Assembly (NCBI GenBank): GCA_018238155.1
Contig: JABCTZ010000001.1
Span: 1-64,000 of the forward strand
Length of the DNA: 64,000 bases
Direction: 5' to 3'
Origin: Candidatus Heimdallarchaeota archaeon
GTDB lineage: Archaea; Asgardarchaeota; Heimdallarchaeia; JABLTI01
The position numbers and the translations under genes are program-made. A model generated the notes under the pieces. It was not told where the DNA came from, did no database searches, and saw only the letters and a list, made by a program, of their open reading frames with translations. The first letter of the stretch is position 1, and each line of letters starts with the position of its first letter. Shown here one piece after another: positions 30,731 to 40,873 of the stretch.

Positions 30731-31094
30731 CTTCTTTCAACTCATCCTCACAATAGATTCCTTCTATTATCTAAAAATAGTTTGTTCTAAATATATCTTA
30801 CTTTCCAATGACATTAATTATTGATGGTAGTGGTTGGTAAAACATCAAAGGATGAGCAAAGAAATGAGTTATTCCGATCGTTGTAACTCAAAAGTATGAG
30901 TGATACCCGCTACGAAATTCGAAATACTATCAATGACCAATTGAAAGCAATTGTAAAAGCGCCACATAGAAATCCAAAGTATTTAGAATTAGTTACAATC
31001 GATATATCATCAAATACTCAGTTATCACTTTGGTTGATGTTTTTAACAGTTGTTCTTCAATTCTTAAGAATCAAAATTAGTAGTATAAATTATC

Positions 31095-32054
31095 TTAATC
31101 TAATAATTTTCTGCGATTAATAAAATTTAGTGTTTCTGTTATTTCTTTACATTTAACTATTAATTCTGGCTTCTTTTCAAAGAGCTCAATTACAGAATAT
31201 TTCCCAAGTAATAAATCCTTCAAGATATTTTTTGAGACTGAATGTCTTTTTGATATCTTAGGAATTATTTCCATAATTCTTTCGGGATATTTTGTCTTTA
31301 TTTTGGAATAATATAGATCATCACTTAGTAATCTAAGAATTAAATCAGGATTTTTATCTACTAAAGCAGATTCTTGTAGGCTTGTATTTAAAATCATGAA
31401 AAGTCTTTTTTTAGGGATTATTCCATTGTTTTCAATATTTTTCGTTATTTGTTCAAATAGTTTATTATGCTCTATTCTGTTTTTCTTCTTTTGAAAAGTC
31501 AATATTAGATGAGTTTTCCCTTCAATCCAGATGAAGAATTCTAAATTGGCTACATTGATACTAAGTGGTTGTGGAATGTTTTCATAGATACTTTTTGATT
31601 CCTCAATTTTATCAAAGATATTCTTAAGAACTGCTTCTGTTTTAATACTCGCTAATTTAACTACTTCAAGAATCCAACCATTTAAATTCACAATGAAGAA
31701 ATTTGTAAAAATGTCACTTGAAACTAATGGTTTTATTTCCTCTTCCAATACCATGAAATTATTATAATCAATCATGTTTACCTCTTTTTCCTCTTGTTTT
31801 ACTGGAATTTTGTAGGCATCAATATATCCTCTGAAAAGGTTCTGCTGATCTATTAAAACTGCATTGAGATGTTTTTCTCCGTTAACTATATGCTGAATTC
31901 TATATGTAATTAACATCATACCAAAAAAGTCTAGATGTTTTGTTTTCGATAAATATGATGCGTTATTATCTACATCGAAAGTGATATTAGCATTACATAG
32001 TTTACATTTGACTTTAACTTCAGTTGTTATTGGTTGAGTGATTTTAGCTGTCAA
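31095..32054 (-). CDS. Hypothetical protein with N-terminal Cys/His metal-binding domain; putative GTPase partner
   Basis: CKLC...QH.....H.N.V.ID....R N-terminal domain; TTG start 3 nt after the GTPase stop. Confidence 0.65.
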   Translation of the reverse strand: MTAKITQPITTEVKVKCKLCNANITFDVDNNASYLSKTKHLDFFGMMLITYRIQHIVNGEKHLNAVLIDQQNLFRGYIDAYKIPVKQEEKEVNMIDYNNFMVLEEEIKPLVSSDIFTNFFIVNLNGWILEVVKLASIKTEAVLKNIFDKIEESKSIYENIPQPLSINVANLEFFIWIEGKTHLILTFQKKKNRIEHNKLFEQITKNIENNGIIPKKRLFMILNTSLQESALVDKNPDLILRLLSDDLYYSKIKTKYPERIMEIIPKISKRHSVSKNILKDLLLGKYSVIELFEKKPELIVKCKEITETLNFINRRKLLD

Positions 32055-32057
32055 GTA

Positions 32058-32642
32058 TTATCTCTCCATGTATTTATTATTGCACTCATTGAAGAACTCA
32101 CTGAACCATTTCTTTAGCTCATTCACTCCCTTACCATCAAAGCAAGATATTTCAAAATATCCTTTTAATCTTGGCTTTAAAATATCCAACAAAGAATCAT
32201 CTATGTTGCTTTCCTGATCCATTTTATTCTTGATTACTATAAAAGGAGGAATTTTCAAGTTTGTTTCATTATAGTAATTATTTGCAATATTGACCCACTG
32301 ATTAAGGTCGAGTAAACTTTGTGCATTATCTTTTGCAAATACAAAACAGATCAAATCAACAGCACTAAACGCAAGTTTTGGCGTGTCTCGAGTAGCATGA
32401 ATTGGTAATTCCAATTGACCTGCTAAATCAACCACTTGAAAAGTACCATTTTTATCTTCAGTTTTGAATTGATCGATTTCAACAAATAATGTTCGATTAT
32501 AATTACAATCACCATTCATATCTTTAAGCGGCAGTTTAGATTTAAGTACCTTAGTCAAGCTAGTCTTTCCAACTGCACCTGAACCAAGGATCAGAATTTT
32601 CCTTATTTTCTTGAATGATTTCACATATTCAAGATAATCCAT
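32058..32642 (-). CDS. Ras/Rab-like small GTPase
   Basis: G1 GSGAVGKTS, G2 RT, G3 DLAGQ, G4 NKMD, G5 EISCF; ATG 32642 after GGAG (track start 32660). Confidence 0.9.
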   Translation of the reverse strand: MDYLEYVKSFKKIRKILILGSGAVGKTSLTKVLKSKLPLKDMNGDCNYNRTLFVEIDQFKTEDKNGTFQVVDLAGQLELPIHATRDTPKLAFSAVDLICFVFAKDNAQSLLDLNQWVNIANNYYNETNLKIPPFIVIKNKMDQESNIDDSLLDILKPRLKGYFEISCFDGKGVNELKKWFSEFFNECNNKYMER

Positions 32643-32720
32643 ATTTTTAATTCTCCACAAAGTGTATTATTAAGATATCTTTTCTGTGTTTATTTCGCTC
32701 TTTAAATCATTACCTTTCTT

Positions 32721-33755
32721 TTACTTGATAGGTTTTTTTGCTTTAAAGGTATTAACCATTGTTGCTGATTTAATTTCTGTGAACCCAGCTTCTATGAACC
32801 ATTTATTAAATTGTTTTTTTGAAAAATAACCAGTTATCCCTTCTACTACCCTAGCAGTGATATCAAGATATGGGTTAGTTACTTCTGTTGTACCTTGGCT
32901 CCCGAAAATGAACCCGCCTGGTTTTAAAACTCTGAACATTTCTTTTACGCCTTTAATGGGTTTATCCAACCAGTGAAGGAAATTTGAGAAGTAGATCATA
33001 TCAAACTTATTATCTTCAAGCATTGTCATGTTATCAGCTGATCCATGAATAAAGACAGGAGGATTGTCTAGTTGGTCCCAAGTGGTTTCTTTGTATCCAA
33101 ATCTAGAGATATTTTGACAAAACTCTTCTTTAGCGATTGTTAAGAGATTTTCATCATAATCAAGTGCAGTAATTTTAGTGTTTCTTCCTTGGAACCGGAC
33201 CCAAAAATCTGCTGTTTCATATCCGGGACCACAGCCGATATCAAGTAAATGGACATTATTTATCTTTTTCGTGTCAATGAAATTCCAAGCAGAGTCCCTA
33301 AGAGCTTGATATATTTGTCCAGCTAATACAGAGTCCCAATTAAATAATGCTAATCGACCTGTATAATCAAAGAATTTACCTTTCAATCTATTAGGTATTC
33401 CCGTTGAATAAACTTCAAAAACGTCATTAAAATCTTCAATAAATTTAACATTTGGTTTTTCGATTACAACACCTTTATTTAACGAATATCTGCCATATTT
33501 TAGATTGAGAACTTTATCATTTACGAGTAATTTTAGAAAATCATCTACGTACTTTGATGGATATTCCCAATTAAATTGATTAATAAGATCATAAAGAGCT
33601 CTAGGTTTGGTTAAATAATCAATAATATTTGCTTTCTTTAAATTATTTAGCACAAGAAAACGGCTATATTCTTCAAGTTCATTTTTTCTAGAAACAGTAT
33701 TGCCAAGCTTTAATAACGGCATCCAAGCTTTAATATTCTTAATTATATTTGCCAT
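32721..33755 (-). CDS. Class I SAM-dependent methyltransferase with N-terminal winged-helix/dimerisation domain
   Basis: LLDIGCGPG, ALDYD, FLHW, RVLKPGG; ATG 33755 after GGGG preferred over track start 33884. Confidence 0.9.
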   Translation of the reverse strand: MANIIKNIKAWMPLLKLGNTVSRKNELEEYSRFLVLNNLKKANIIDYLTKPRALYDLINQFNWEYPSKYVDDFLKLLVNDKVLNLKYGRYSLNKGVVIEKPNVKFIEDFNDVFEVYSTGIPNRLKGKFFDYTGRLALFNWDSVLAGQIYQALRDSAWNFIDTKKINNVHLLDIGCGPGYETADFWVRFQGRNTKITALDYDENLLTIAKEEFCQNISRFGYKETTWDQLDNPPVFIHGSADNMTMLEDNKFDMIYFSNFLHWLDKPIKGVKEMFRVLKPGGFIFGSQGTTEVTNPYLDITARVVEGITGYFSKKQFNKWFIEAGFTEIKSATMVNTFKAKKPIK

Positions 33756-34074
33756 TGTATGAAATCCCCATTTTTTGCAGTGGATAAAACATTTATGTTT
33801 GAAAGTTATATTTCTTTCGTTTTTATTAACTTTCCTCATAATAGTAGCAAAAACTGGCGGCAAAAAATTTAAACACAGACCCAATTTATAAAAGACAGAA
33901 TCTTCTGATGGGCATCTTTTTCAGTAATTGTATTCCATTTACAGCATTGTTCGTGTTGCTTTTTTACATCAAAAAAAAATACCTAGTTTTTTCTTATTTA
34001 GAAACAAATACAAAAAAAATCCTTATCTCAAATTATTACTGAGTATACTAAAGCATTTTTTATTTCTACAGATA

Positions 34075-35175
34075 TCATTTACTTGCAAGAACACTCCAAG
34101 AAATTAGCTTGTTCTCTGATATCCCAATAAGCCGAATTTCAGAAGGGATCGTAAAGAAGCAACCAATCTTTAGCCAGTTATGATACTTGAAGATCAATGT
34201 GTTTTGTTCTTTCCACACACCAGCAATTTTTTTGAGAAATTTAACTGATATCTCATTATAAGAAATCCTAAATGCTACTAGAATCTCACACTCACTAAGA
34301 ACATAAAGCACTAAGTCCTTTACAGGCAAATCATATCGATTCAAAATTGTTGCCTTCTCATTAGATACTGAGCCTGCAGCATCAAAGTTCCAAACTACAA
34401 TATAACCTGCATCTCCAGTCCAATATTCATCTGCATCAGAACCAATTCCTGCAATTAGTACTGCACTTTTACTGTTAATGCTGTTCATTGAAAAAGATCG
34501 TAGATAATTCGATTCATAATCGGGGCTTGGAGGTAAGCTCAACTTTTGTGGTGAATTGCCATCCCAATTGCCTTTAGTATCAAAAGTCCAAAGTTTGAGG
34601 AAAGTTTCCATCCAACCGCCAGATACTGTAAGAATGACTTTGTCTTTGTTGAAGGAACATAGAGAAACAGGATAAGCCCAATATGTAAATTCCTTTAGTA
34701 CTAGTGGTTCTTTCTTGTCCCATTGATACTCTGGAGTTAGTTTGTAAACAGAAAGGTTATTGCCATATTCCCCTCCTCCTACAGCCAAAAGCACTCCCCC
34801 ATCTTCAAGAAACTCCATAGCTATTGATTTAATGGACCAAGTCTTTATTTTAAGCGACTCAGGTTTACTCCCATTCCAAATACCTTTGTTATCTATGAAC
34901 CAAAGTTTTACACAAGAACCTTCAAAAGCACTTCCTGAAGCTAGAAGAGCTCCTTTCTTCCCGAGATAGAAGCAGCTCATACAATTAATAGGAAACTTGT
35001 GCCCCTTGATTACTTGGGGTGGTTTTCCATCCCACTTGCCACGTTTAGTAAGTTTCCAGATTTTCATTTGATTACCTGAAGCAGTTATTAACAAATTTAG
35101 CTCAGGGCATGGAATAAGGGAATGAATAGTTTGTGTTTCTTCATTTCCTTCCAAGTTTTCAATCAAAATGGCCAT
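34075..35175 (-). CDS. WD40-like beta-propeller protein
   Basis: GHKFPINC...LLASGS...VKLW and repeated G.W(D/N)G..P blades. Confidence 0.7.
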   Translation of the reverse strand: MAILIENLEGNEETQTIHSLIPCPELNLLITASGNQMKIWKLTKRGKWDGKPPQVIKGHKFPINCMSCFYLGKKGALLASGSAFEGSCVKLWFIDNKGIWNGSKPESLKIKTWSIKSIAMEFLEDGGVLLAVGGGEYGNNLSVYKLTPEYQWDKKEPLVLKEFTYWAYPVSLCSFNKDKVILTVSGGWMETFLKLWTFDTKGNWDGNSPQKLSLPPSPDYESNYLRSFSMNSINSKSAVLIAGIGSDADEYWTGDAGYIVVWNFDAAGSVSNEKATILNRYDLPVKDLVLYVLSECEILVAFRISYNEISVKFLKKIAGVWKEQNTLIFKYHNWLKIGCFFTIPSEIRLIGISENKLISWSVLASK

Positions 35176-35319
35176 ATAGAGAAATACTGCTCTTTAATTA
35201 TAAAACTTGGTCAAAAAAAGCACAGAAATTCAACAAATCTATTTCTAAATAATCAAGAAAAAATATTCTTCTTTTCTATTGAAGAACTTTTAATAAACGT
35301 TGAATGAATAGATACGATT

Positions 35320-37368
35320 ATGCCGGAACAAAATAATCCCCCCATTGCAAAGAAAGAACCAAAGGTCACTAAGATTTTTGGGCATGAGTTAGTTGATGAT
35401 TACTTTTGGTTGCGAGGAAAAGAAAAACAAGAAGTAATCGATTATTTAACAGCTGAAAATGATTATACTAAAACAAAAACTAACCATCTTGAACCTTTCA
35501 TTGATGAATTATTTTCAGAAATGAAAAATAGAATCAAGGAAGATGATGAGAGTGTTCCCTACAAATTCAAGGACTATTACTATTATAATAAAAATGAGAA
35601 GGGTAAAGAGTACAAGATTTACTTTAGAAAACACTTGAATTTAGAGAGCAAAGAAGAATTGATTATAGATGTAAATGAATTAGCTAAGGATTTTGAATAT
35701 TATAAAATTCAAACAATGAAGATTAGCCCAGATCAGAAATTATTGGCTTATTCAATTGACAACACTGGTTATGAGAAATTTAGCATCCAGATTAAGAATC
35801 TAGAAACAGGTGAAATGAGCTCTACTGGAGTTGAAAACATTGGCTGGAGCTTTGAATGGATAGATGATAAAACAATCTACTATATTCTAAGGGATGACGC
35901 TCAAAGACCTTACGCTCTAAAAAGACATATTCTTGGTACTTCACCAGAAACAGATGTTCTTATTTTTGAAGAAAAGGATATTACAAGAAGTTTAACAGTC
36001 TGGAAAAGTAAAGATGGAAAATACCTCTTTATGGATTCTGAAACAACAACTAGTTCGGAAACACGATTCCTTGATTTGTCAAATCCACTAGAAGAGTTTG
36101 TCGTTTTTCACTCGAGAGAAAAAGACCACGAGTACAATATTAGTCATAAAGATGGTTATTTTTACATTATAACTAATGATGATAAGGCTACGAATTTCAA
36201 ATTAATGAGAACTACGATTGACAATCTAACTAAAGATAATTGGGAAGAATTAATTGCTCACAATGCTGATGTGAAGCTCACATGGTCTTATGCCTATGAA
36301 CCTTATTTGGTAATCATTAAACGCCATGAGGGCATAACAAAAATAGGTATTTTCTATGGGAAAGATGATGCAAGAAATCATGATGTAGCATTTCCTGAAC
36401 CGATATATAGTGTTAGTCCGGGAGATAATTTTGAATATTCATCGGATGTTTTGCGCCTTCGGTATACATCATTAATAACTCCTGCAACCATTTTCGATTA
36501 TCAGCTTAAAGATAAGAAATTAGTCCTTTTGAAAGAGGATGAAGTAAAGAATTACAATAAAGAAGACTATGTGACAACTCGAGTTAATGTAAAAGTACGT
36601 GATGGTGTACAAGTACCTATTTCAATTGTTCACAAGAAAGATCTGGTAACACCAGCACCAACCATGCTCTATGCTTATGGTTCTTACGGCTATTCTATGG
36701 ATACCAATTTCTCTCCAACTTTAATAAGTCTAATCGAACGAGATATGGTGTATATCATTGCTCATATACGTGGTGGTGGAGAGCTCGGAAGAAAATGGTA
36801 TGACGATGGTAAAATGCTCAAGAAAAAGAATACCTTCTATGATTTCATTGATTGCGCAAAATATTTACTAGAACAAAAAATAACTACAAAAGAACAATTA
36901 GTAGTTGCAGGAGGAAGTGCCGGTGGATTATTAATGGGTGCTATCATGAACATGGCTCCTGAATTATTCCAGTTAATTATTGCTCGAGTGCCATTTGTTG
37001 ATGTAATCAATACTATGCTAGATGAAACCATCCCGCTAACTGCTCAAGAATGGGAGGAATGGGGAAATCCAAACAATAAAGAATATTTTGATTATATGCT
37101 GTCGTATTCCCCTTATGACAATGTAGAAGCAAAGGATTATCCTAATATTTTAGTAACAACAGGATTAAATGATCCTCGAGTTGCTTATTGGGAACCGGCA
37201 AAAATGGTAGCCAAACTGAGAGCATCGAAAACTGATAAAAATGAGCTGTTATTGAAAATAAATATGGGTGCAGGGCATGGTGGTGCTTCTGGACGGTATG
37301 AACACATGAAAGAAACAGCTTTTATCTATGGATATATGCTTGATAAGCTTGGTTTGACTAAGAAATAA
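35320..37368 (+). CDS. ptrB: Oligopeptidase B (protease II, peptidase S9A)
   Basis: DDYFWLR, HIRGGGELG, GGSAGG nucleophile, DPRV, GAGHGGASGR. Confidence 0.92.
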   Translation: MPEQNNPPIAKKEPKVTKIFGHELVDDYFWLRGKEKQEVIDYLTAENDYTKTKTNHLEPFIDELFSEMKNRIKEDDESVPYKFKDYYYYNKNEKGKEYKIYFRKHLNLESKEELIIDVNELAKDFEYYKIQTMKISPDQKLLAYSIDNTGYEKFSIQIKNLETGEMSSTGVENIGWSFEWIDDKTIYYILRDDAQRPYALKRHILGTSPETDVLIFEEKDITRSLTVWKSKDGKYLFMDSETTTSSETRFLDLSNPLEEFVVFHSREKDHEYNISHKDGYFYIITNDDKATNFKLMRTTIDNLTKDNWEELIAHNADVKLTWSYAYEPYLVIIKRHEGITKIGIFYGKDDARNHDVAFPEPIYSVSPGDNFEYSSDVLRLRYTSLITPATIFDYQLKDKKLVLLKEDEVKNYNKEDYVTTRVNVKVRDGVQVPISIVHKKDLVTPAPTMLYAYGSYGYSMDTNFSPTLISLIERDMVYIIAHIRGGGELGRKWYDDGKMLKKKNTFYDFIDCAKYLLEQKITTKEQLVVAGGSAGGLLMGAIMNMAPELFQLIIARVPFVDVINTMLDETIPLTAQEWEEWGNPNNKEYFDYMLSYSPYDNVEAKDYPNILVTTGLNDPRVAYWEPAKMVAKLRASKTDKNELLLKINMGAGHGGASGRYEHMKETAFIYGYMLDKLGLTKK

Positions 37369-37369
37369 T

Positions 37370-37392
37370 GAGAATAATTATTCTCTTTTTTT
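37370..37392 (+). terminator. Palindrome plus T-tract terminator candidate
   Basis: gagaataattattctc perfect palindrome followed by T7 immediately after the stop. Confidence 0.55.
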
Positions 37393-37493
37393 CTTTTTAA
37401 ATTGTTTCTACATTAAATTAAGATTTTGTTTTCTTATAAAAGAATAATGAAAGAATAAAAGGGAAATTAATCCTCTAAAGTCAAATTAAAGAA

Positions 37494-38450
37494 TTACCGT
37501 GTGCCAAATAGTGGTATATTACAAAATGGGCATTTGTTCGTGCTACTTATCATTGAAAACCTCTTACCACATGAGTAACATGTATGAAGTTCAGAATAAG
37601 GTTTTTCGTTACGAGAACTAGTAACATTTACTTTAGTATCCGGGATTTGATTAACAATCTCAGTCAATAGACTATCCAAATCTTGATTCTTGGTATCCTG
37701 TCGTGGTATATATCCTGGTGGTGGAGGAGGAGTCGGATACTGTTGTTGATTTTCTGGAGGAGGTGGAATCGCATATACTTGTTGACTTTCATGAGGAGAT
37801 GGAATCGCATATACTTGTTGACTTTCATGAGGAGGAGGGGGTGGCGGTAAAGTTTCATTTACTGTTTTTACTGGTGGAGGTGTTGATTGAACATATTGTT
37901 GTAATGGTTGAGTATATTGCTCTGATGAAATGGTAAAAGTTGGGGATGAATCTTGAAAAGGATTGCCTGGGACAATAGAAACTTTATTTTTACAATTGGG
38001 GCACTTTTTAGTTCCTGCTGGAAGAGCAACAACACAATTCAAACAAAGAGTAGTTTCTATATCACTAAATTCAGAATGAATTGCTTTTCTCAAGATTGCT
38101 TCATGTTTTTTATTTGAATTTCTACTTACTGTTATGAGTAGCAGCAATGTCACTAGAAAAATACCTAAACTTACAAATCCCAATATCCTACCTTGCTGAC
38201 CAATAATTCCAAATGAAGCGATAAATGTGAAAAATAGTATTGGTATTGTAATTCTTCCAATCCAATGATGTATATGATCTTGTACAAGTAAAGCATCTGC
38301 GTGTTCTTTGCTCATGATATTGATATGTGCAGGACATAAACCATTTGTACGATGTTTTCTGCACACGTATCTTCCACAGTAAGTACATGTTCTTGCTCTA
38401 CCAATTCTTGTACCTTTGCCGCAAATAGAACATAAAGCGTAACGTGCCAT
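37494..38450 (-). CDS. Membrane protein with N-terminal Cys/His finger, 2 TMs, two Zn ribbons and a polyproline linker
   Basis: CSIC...CTYC...CRKH...CPAH; TMs at about aa 67-108; CLNC/CPNC; PPPPPP tracts; CYSC/CPFC. Confidence 0.75.
   Translation of the reverse strand: MARYALCSICGKGTRIGRARTCTYCGRYVCRKHRTNGLCPAHINIMSKEHADALLVQDHIHHWIGRITIPILFFTFIASFGIIGQQGRILGFVSLGIFLVTLLLLITVSRNSNKKHEAILRKAIHSEFSDIETTLCLNCVVALPAGTKKCPNCKNKVSIVPGNPFQDSSPTFTISSEQYTQPLQQYVQSTPPPVKTVNETLPPPPPPHESQQVYAIPSPHESQQVYAIPPPPENQQQYPTPPPPPGYIPRQDTKNQDLDSLLTEIVNQIPDTKVNVTSSRNEKPYSELHTCYSCGKRFSMISSTNKCPFCNIPLFGTR
37764..37834. repeat. 36-bp intragenic tandem duplication
   Basis: tggaatcgcatatacttgttgactttcatgaggag at 37764 and 37800 (35/35 identical), encoding PHESQQVYAIP twice; a third degenerate copy is adjacent. 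Confidence 0.9.
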
Positions 38451-38693
38451 AACTTTAGCTACTCCTAATTAGATAATTACTAAATAATCCCGAATCCCCT
38501 TTTTTTTGAGAATCCACTTTAAGGAAATTAAATTTTATCGTATATAATCCTTTATGTTCAATTTTAATTTCGAGTAATCAAATAATCATTCAAATTTATA
38601 AAAACTCGGAAAAAATAGATCAAAAAAATACAAACTATAAATCATCTTGTTTAAAAAACAAAAAGTCATAAAGAACAAATCGTTTTCTTAATA

Positions 38694-39088
38694 ATGTCTG
38701 AACAAAAACAACCAAGTCAACAACCAGACTTGCTTGTTTCAACAACTACAATTATACTAGATATCGAATAGTTGCATATCGTGTAATTTTATTAGGGATA
38801 GCATTAACAACCTATATTTTATTTCGCATTATTTATCGAAGAACAAAACGGAACAGAGATGAGTGTGAAGGATGTCAAGAACTCGACCAACTTGGTGTCT
38901 GCTCTGGGTTTAATACCCGAATGGACGCAGAAAGAGAATATTCACGAATCGCTACAAAACTCTTAGAACCCGATCTAGAAAAATATGTGAAAGGAAAATT
39001 TTCTTCATTAGGCGTTGATGAAGGTGGAATTGTTTCTAGCGAAAATAATTCTGATTATAATGTTGAATCCAAATCAGAGAAATCTTGA
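38694..39088 (+). pseudogene. Frameshifted or deleted membrane protein remnant with Cys cluster
   Basis: ATG 38694 frame stops after 25 codons; a second frame open 38702-39088 encodes a TM and DECEGCQELDQLGVCSGF...AEREYSR; absent from the ORF track. Confidence 0.5.
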
Positions 39089-39160
39089 ATTACTTCTTCT
39101 TAGAAAAATAGAGATAGAAACCACATTAATACTGGGTTTCTTTCTTAATTGTTGGAGATT

Positions 39161-40657
39161 CTATGTTCCGCCCATTAATGCTAAAGCTAAAAGACTAACA
39201 ATAGCAAGAATAGTAATGACCCCACCTTCTAAAATATCGAAGCTGTTATCATCCATTATCATCATTTTTTCAGCAGTAGACATAATATAAATGCAGCCCA
39301 GCACCATTGTAATATTAATAGTAATAGGGATACCAATACCAATTATACCACTAATCAAGAATGGCAAACCAAACAATAAAAAGAATGTTTGGTTAATTGC
39401 TGATACTTGGTTAATTAAACCTATTTTCTGTGTTTCTTCATCTGGATGTAATAATCCTCTGAAGGTAACAATTAATTCCGGAGAAGTTGAGATTAATCCT
39501 ACAACTACCGCATAAACCAATATTGGTACTTCTATAAGAAAATCATGCTCAAATACATGTAATCCATTTTCAATTCCTGATGCGAGAAATTCTCCGCCCC
39601 AAATGATTCCACCTGCACCTATGGCGAATAATGCAATAATGATAATCCACGGGAATCGTCTTAACGTTGCTAACTCATCATGTTTGCTGTGACTTGTACT
39701 CACTTTCCTTGGTGGTTCACATGGTATCTCTTCATCAAGTTTTGTTTCTATTTTAGTACCAAGTTTCAATTGCACTGTTTCTGATGCCTTTTCATTATGA
39801 TCTGTTTTATTATCATCTTCGTAAAATTCTGTTATTAATGTTTGAGGGGTAGACGTTTTTTTACCATATCGTTTTATTAGAACAAAGATAAATAATCCGT
39901 AAACGAGGAGTAATGCTGCTCCAAAAACGATTTCAACACCTCTGCTATATTGAGAAGGAATAGCTGATTCGAATCGAATGTCGTAGAATTCATAAAAAAG
40001 TCCATACAAAACCATCACAAAAGTGAAGACCTTTATTCCTAAAACCATGTTTGTTTCATACATTGTCAATTCTGGTGGAAGCTTGAATGGACCTTTTTTC
40101 GATACAAAAATCATTGATATTCCAAGAAAGAGTATGTTAATTATTACTGTAGTTAAAATTAGAATAATAGCTGTGGTTGCCAATTTACCACCTACTACTG
40201 GGTCAGGTTCTAAATGTGATCTAATTAAAAGCAATGTAACGATTACAAGCTCTGCAAGTGCAGCTCCGATAGCACTCATTATACCTGCAATATATGGGTT
40301 CATATTCAATTTATCTTTGACCCCTTTTACACCAAGAATAACCATTTCTGATGCTCCAAAAACAATCAATAATCCTGCTGCAAAACCAAGGAGAACTCGA
40401 GACCATCCTGGAAAAACTTCGGGAAATCCTTCTGCGATATAAAAGAATATTCCAACGATGATTCCAAGAATAAAAGTGATTATTGTTGACTTATGTATAT
40501 TCTTGATTATCGTTCCTAGTGCTTCTTCTGGCTCAATCATCTCAAGTATTTCAGGGCATTCTGCATCAGATAGAGGTAAATCAAAATCCTCTGACTCTTG
40601 CAGTGCAACCATTTCTTCATTTTTTTCTTTAGAAATTTTCGATTTTCTTGGCATCAT
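39161..40657 (-). CDS. CaCA-family cation/Ca2+ exchanger
   Basis: Alpha-1 repeat AIGAALAEL, alpha-2 repeat LISTSPEL; two TM bundles split by a hydrophilic loop. Confidence 0.8.
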   Translation of the reverse strand: MMPRKSKISKEKNEEMVALQESEDFDLPLSDAECPEILEMIEPEEALGTIIKNIHKSTIITFILGIIVGIFFYIAEGFPEVFPGWSRVLLGFAAGLLIVFGASEMVILGVKGVKDKLNMNPYIAGIMSAIGAALAELVIVTLLLIRSHLEPDPVVGGKLATTAIILILTTVIINILFLGISMIFVSKKGPFKLPPELTMYETNMVLGIKVFTFVMVLYGLFYEFYDIRFESAIPSQYSRGVEIVFGAALLLVYGLFIFVLIKRYGKKTSTPQTLITEFYEDDNKTDHNEKASETVQLKLGTKIETKLDEEIPCEPPRKVSTSHSKHDELATLRRFPWIIIIALFAIGAGGIIWGGEFLASGIENGLHVFEHDFLIEVPILVYAVVVGLISTSPELIVTFRGLLHPDEETQKIGLINQVSAINQTFFLLFGLPFLISGIIGIGIPITINITMVLGCIYIMSTAEKMMIMDDNSFDILEGGVITILAIVSLLALALMGGT

Positions 40658-40873
40658 TGTTAGCTCCTTACCAGGAATATTCTAGTTAGATTTTTCTATC
40701 TTCTATTTACATTAATCGTTCTCTTATATTACTTTCCAAACTGTTCAATTTGCAAATAGAATGAGTGTTTAAGAAAAACAAGGAATACTTAAAAAACATT
40801 ATTTTATACTTTGAGTGAGCAGTATCAATTTTTTCTTTAAAAATGGTTATTTAAAATCGAGGAGCAGATATAA

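Noticed and set aside
30896-31120. 74-aa plus-strand ORF
   Set aside because: No motif, overlaps the end of the opposite gene; cannot be supported
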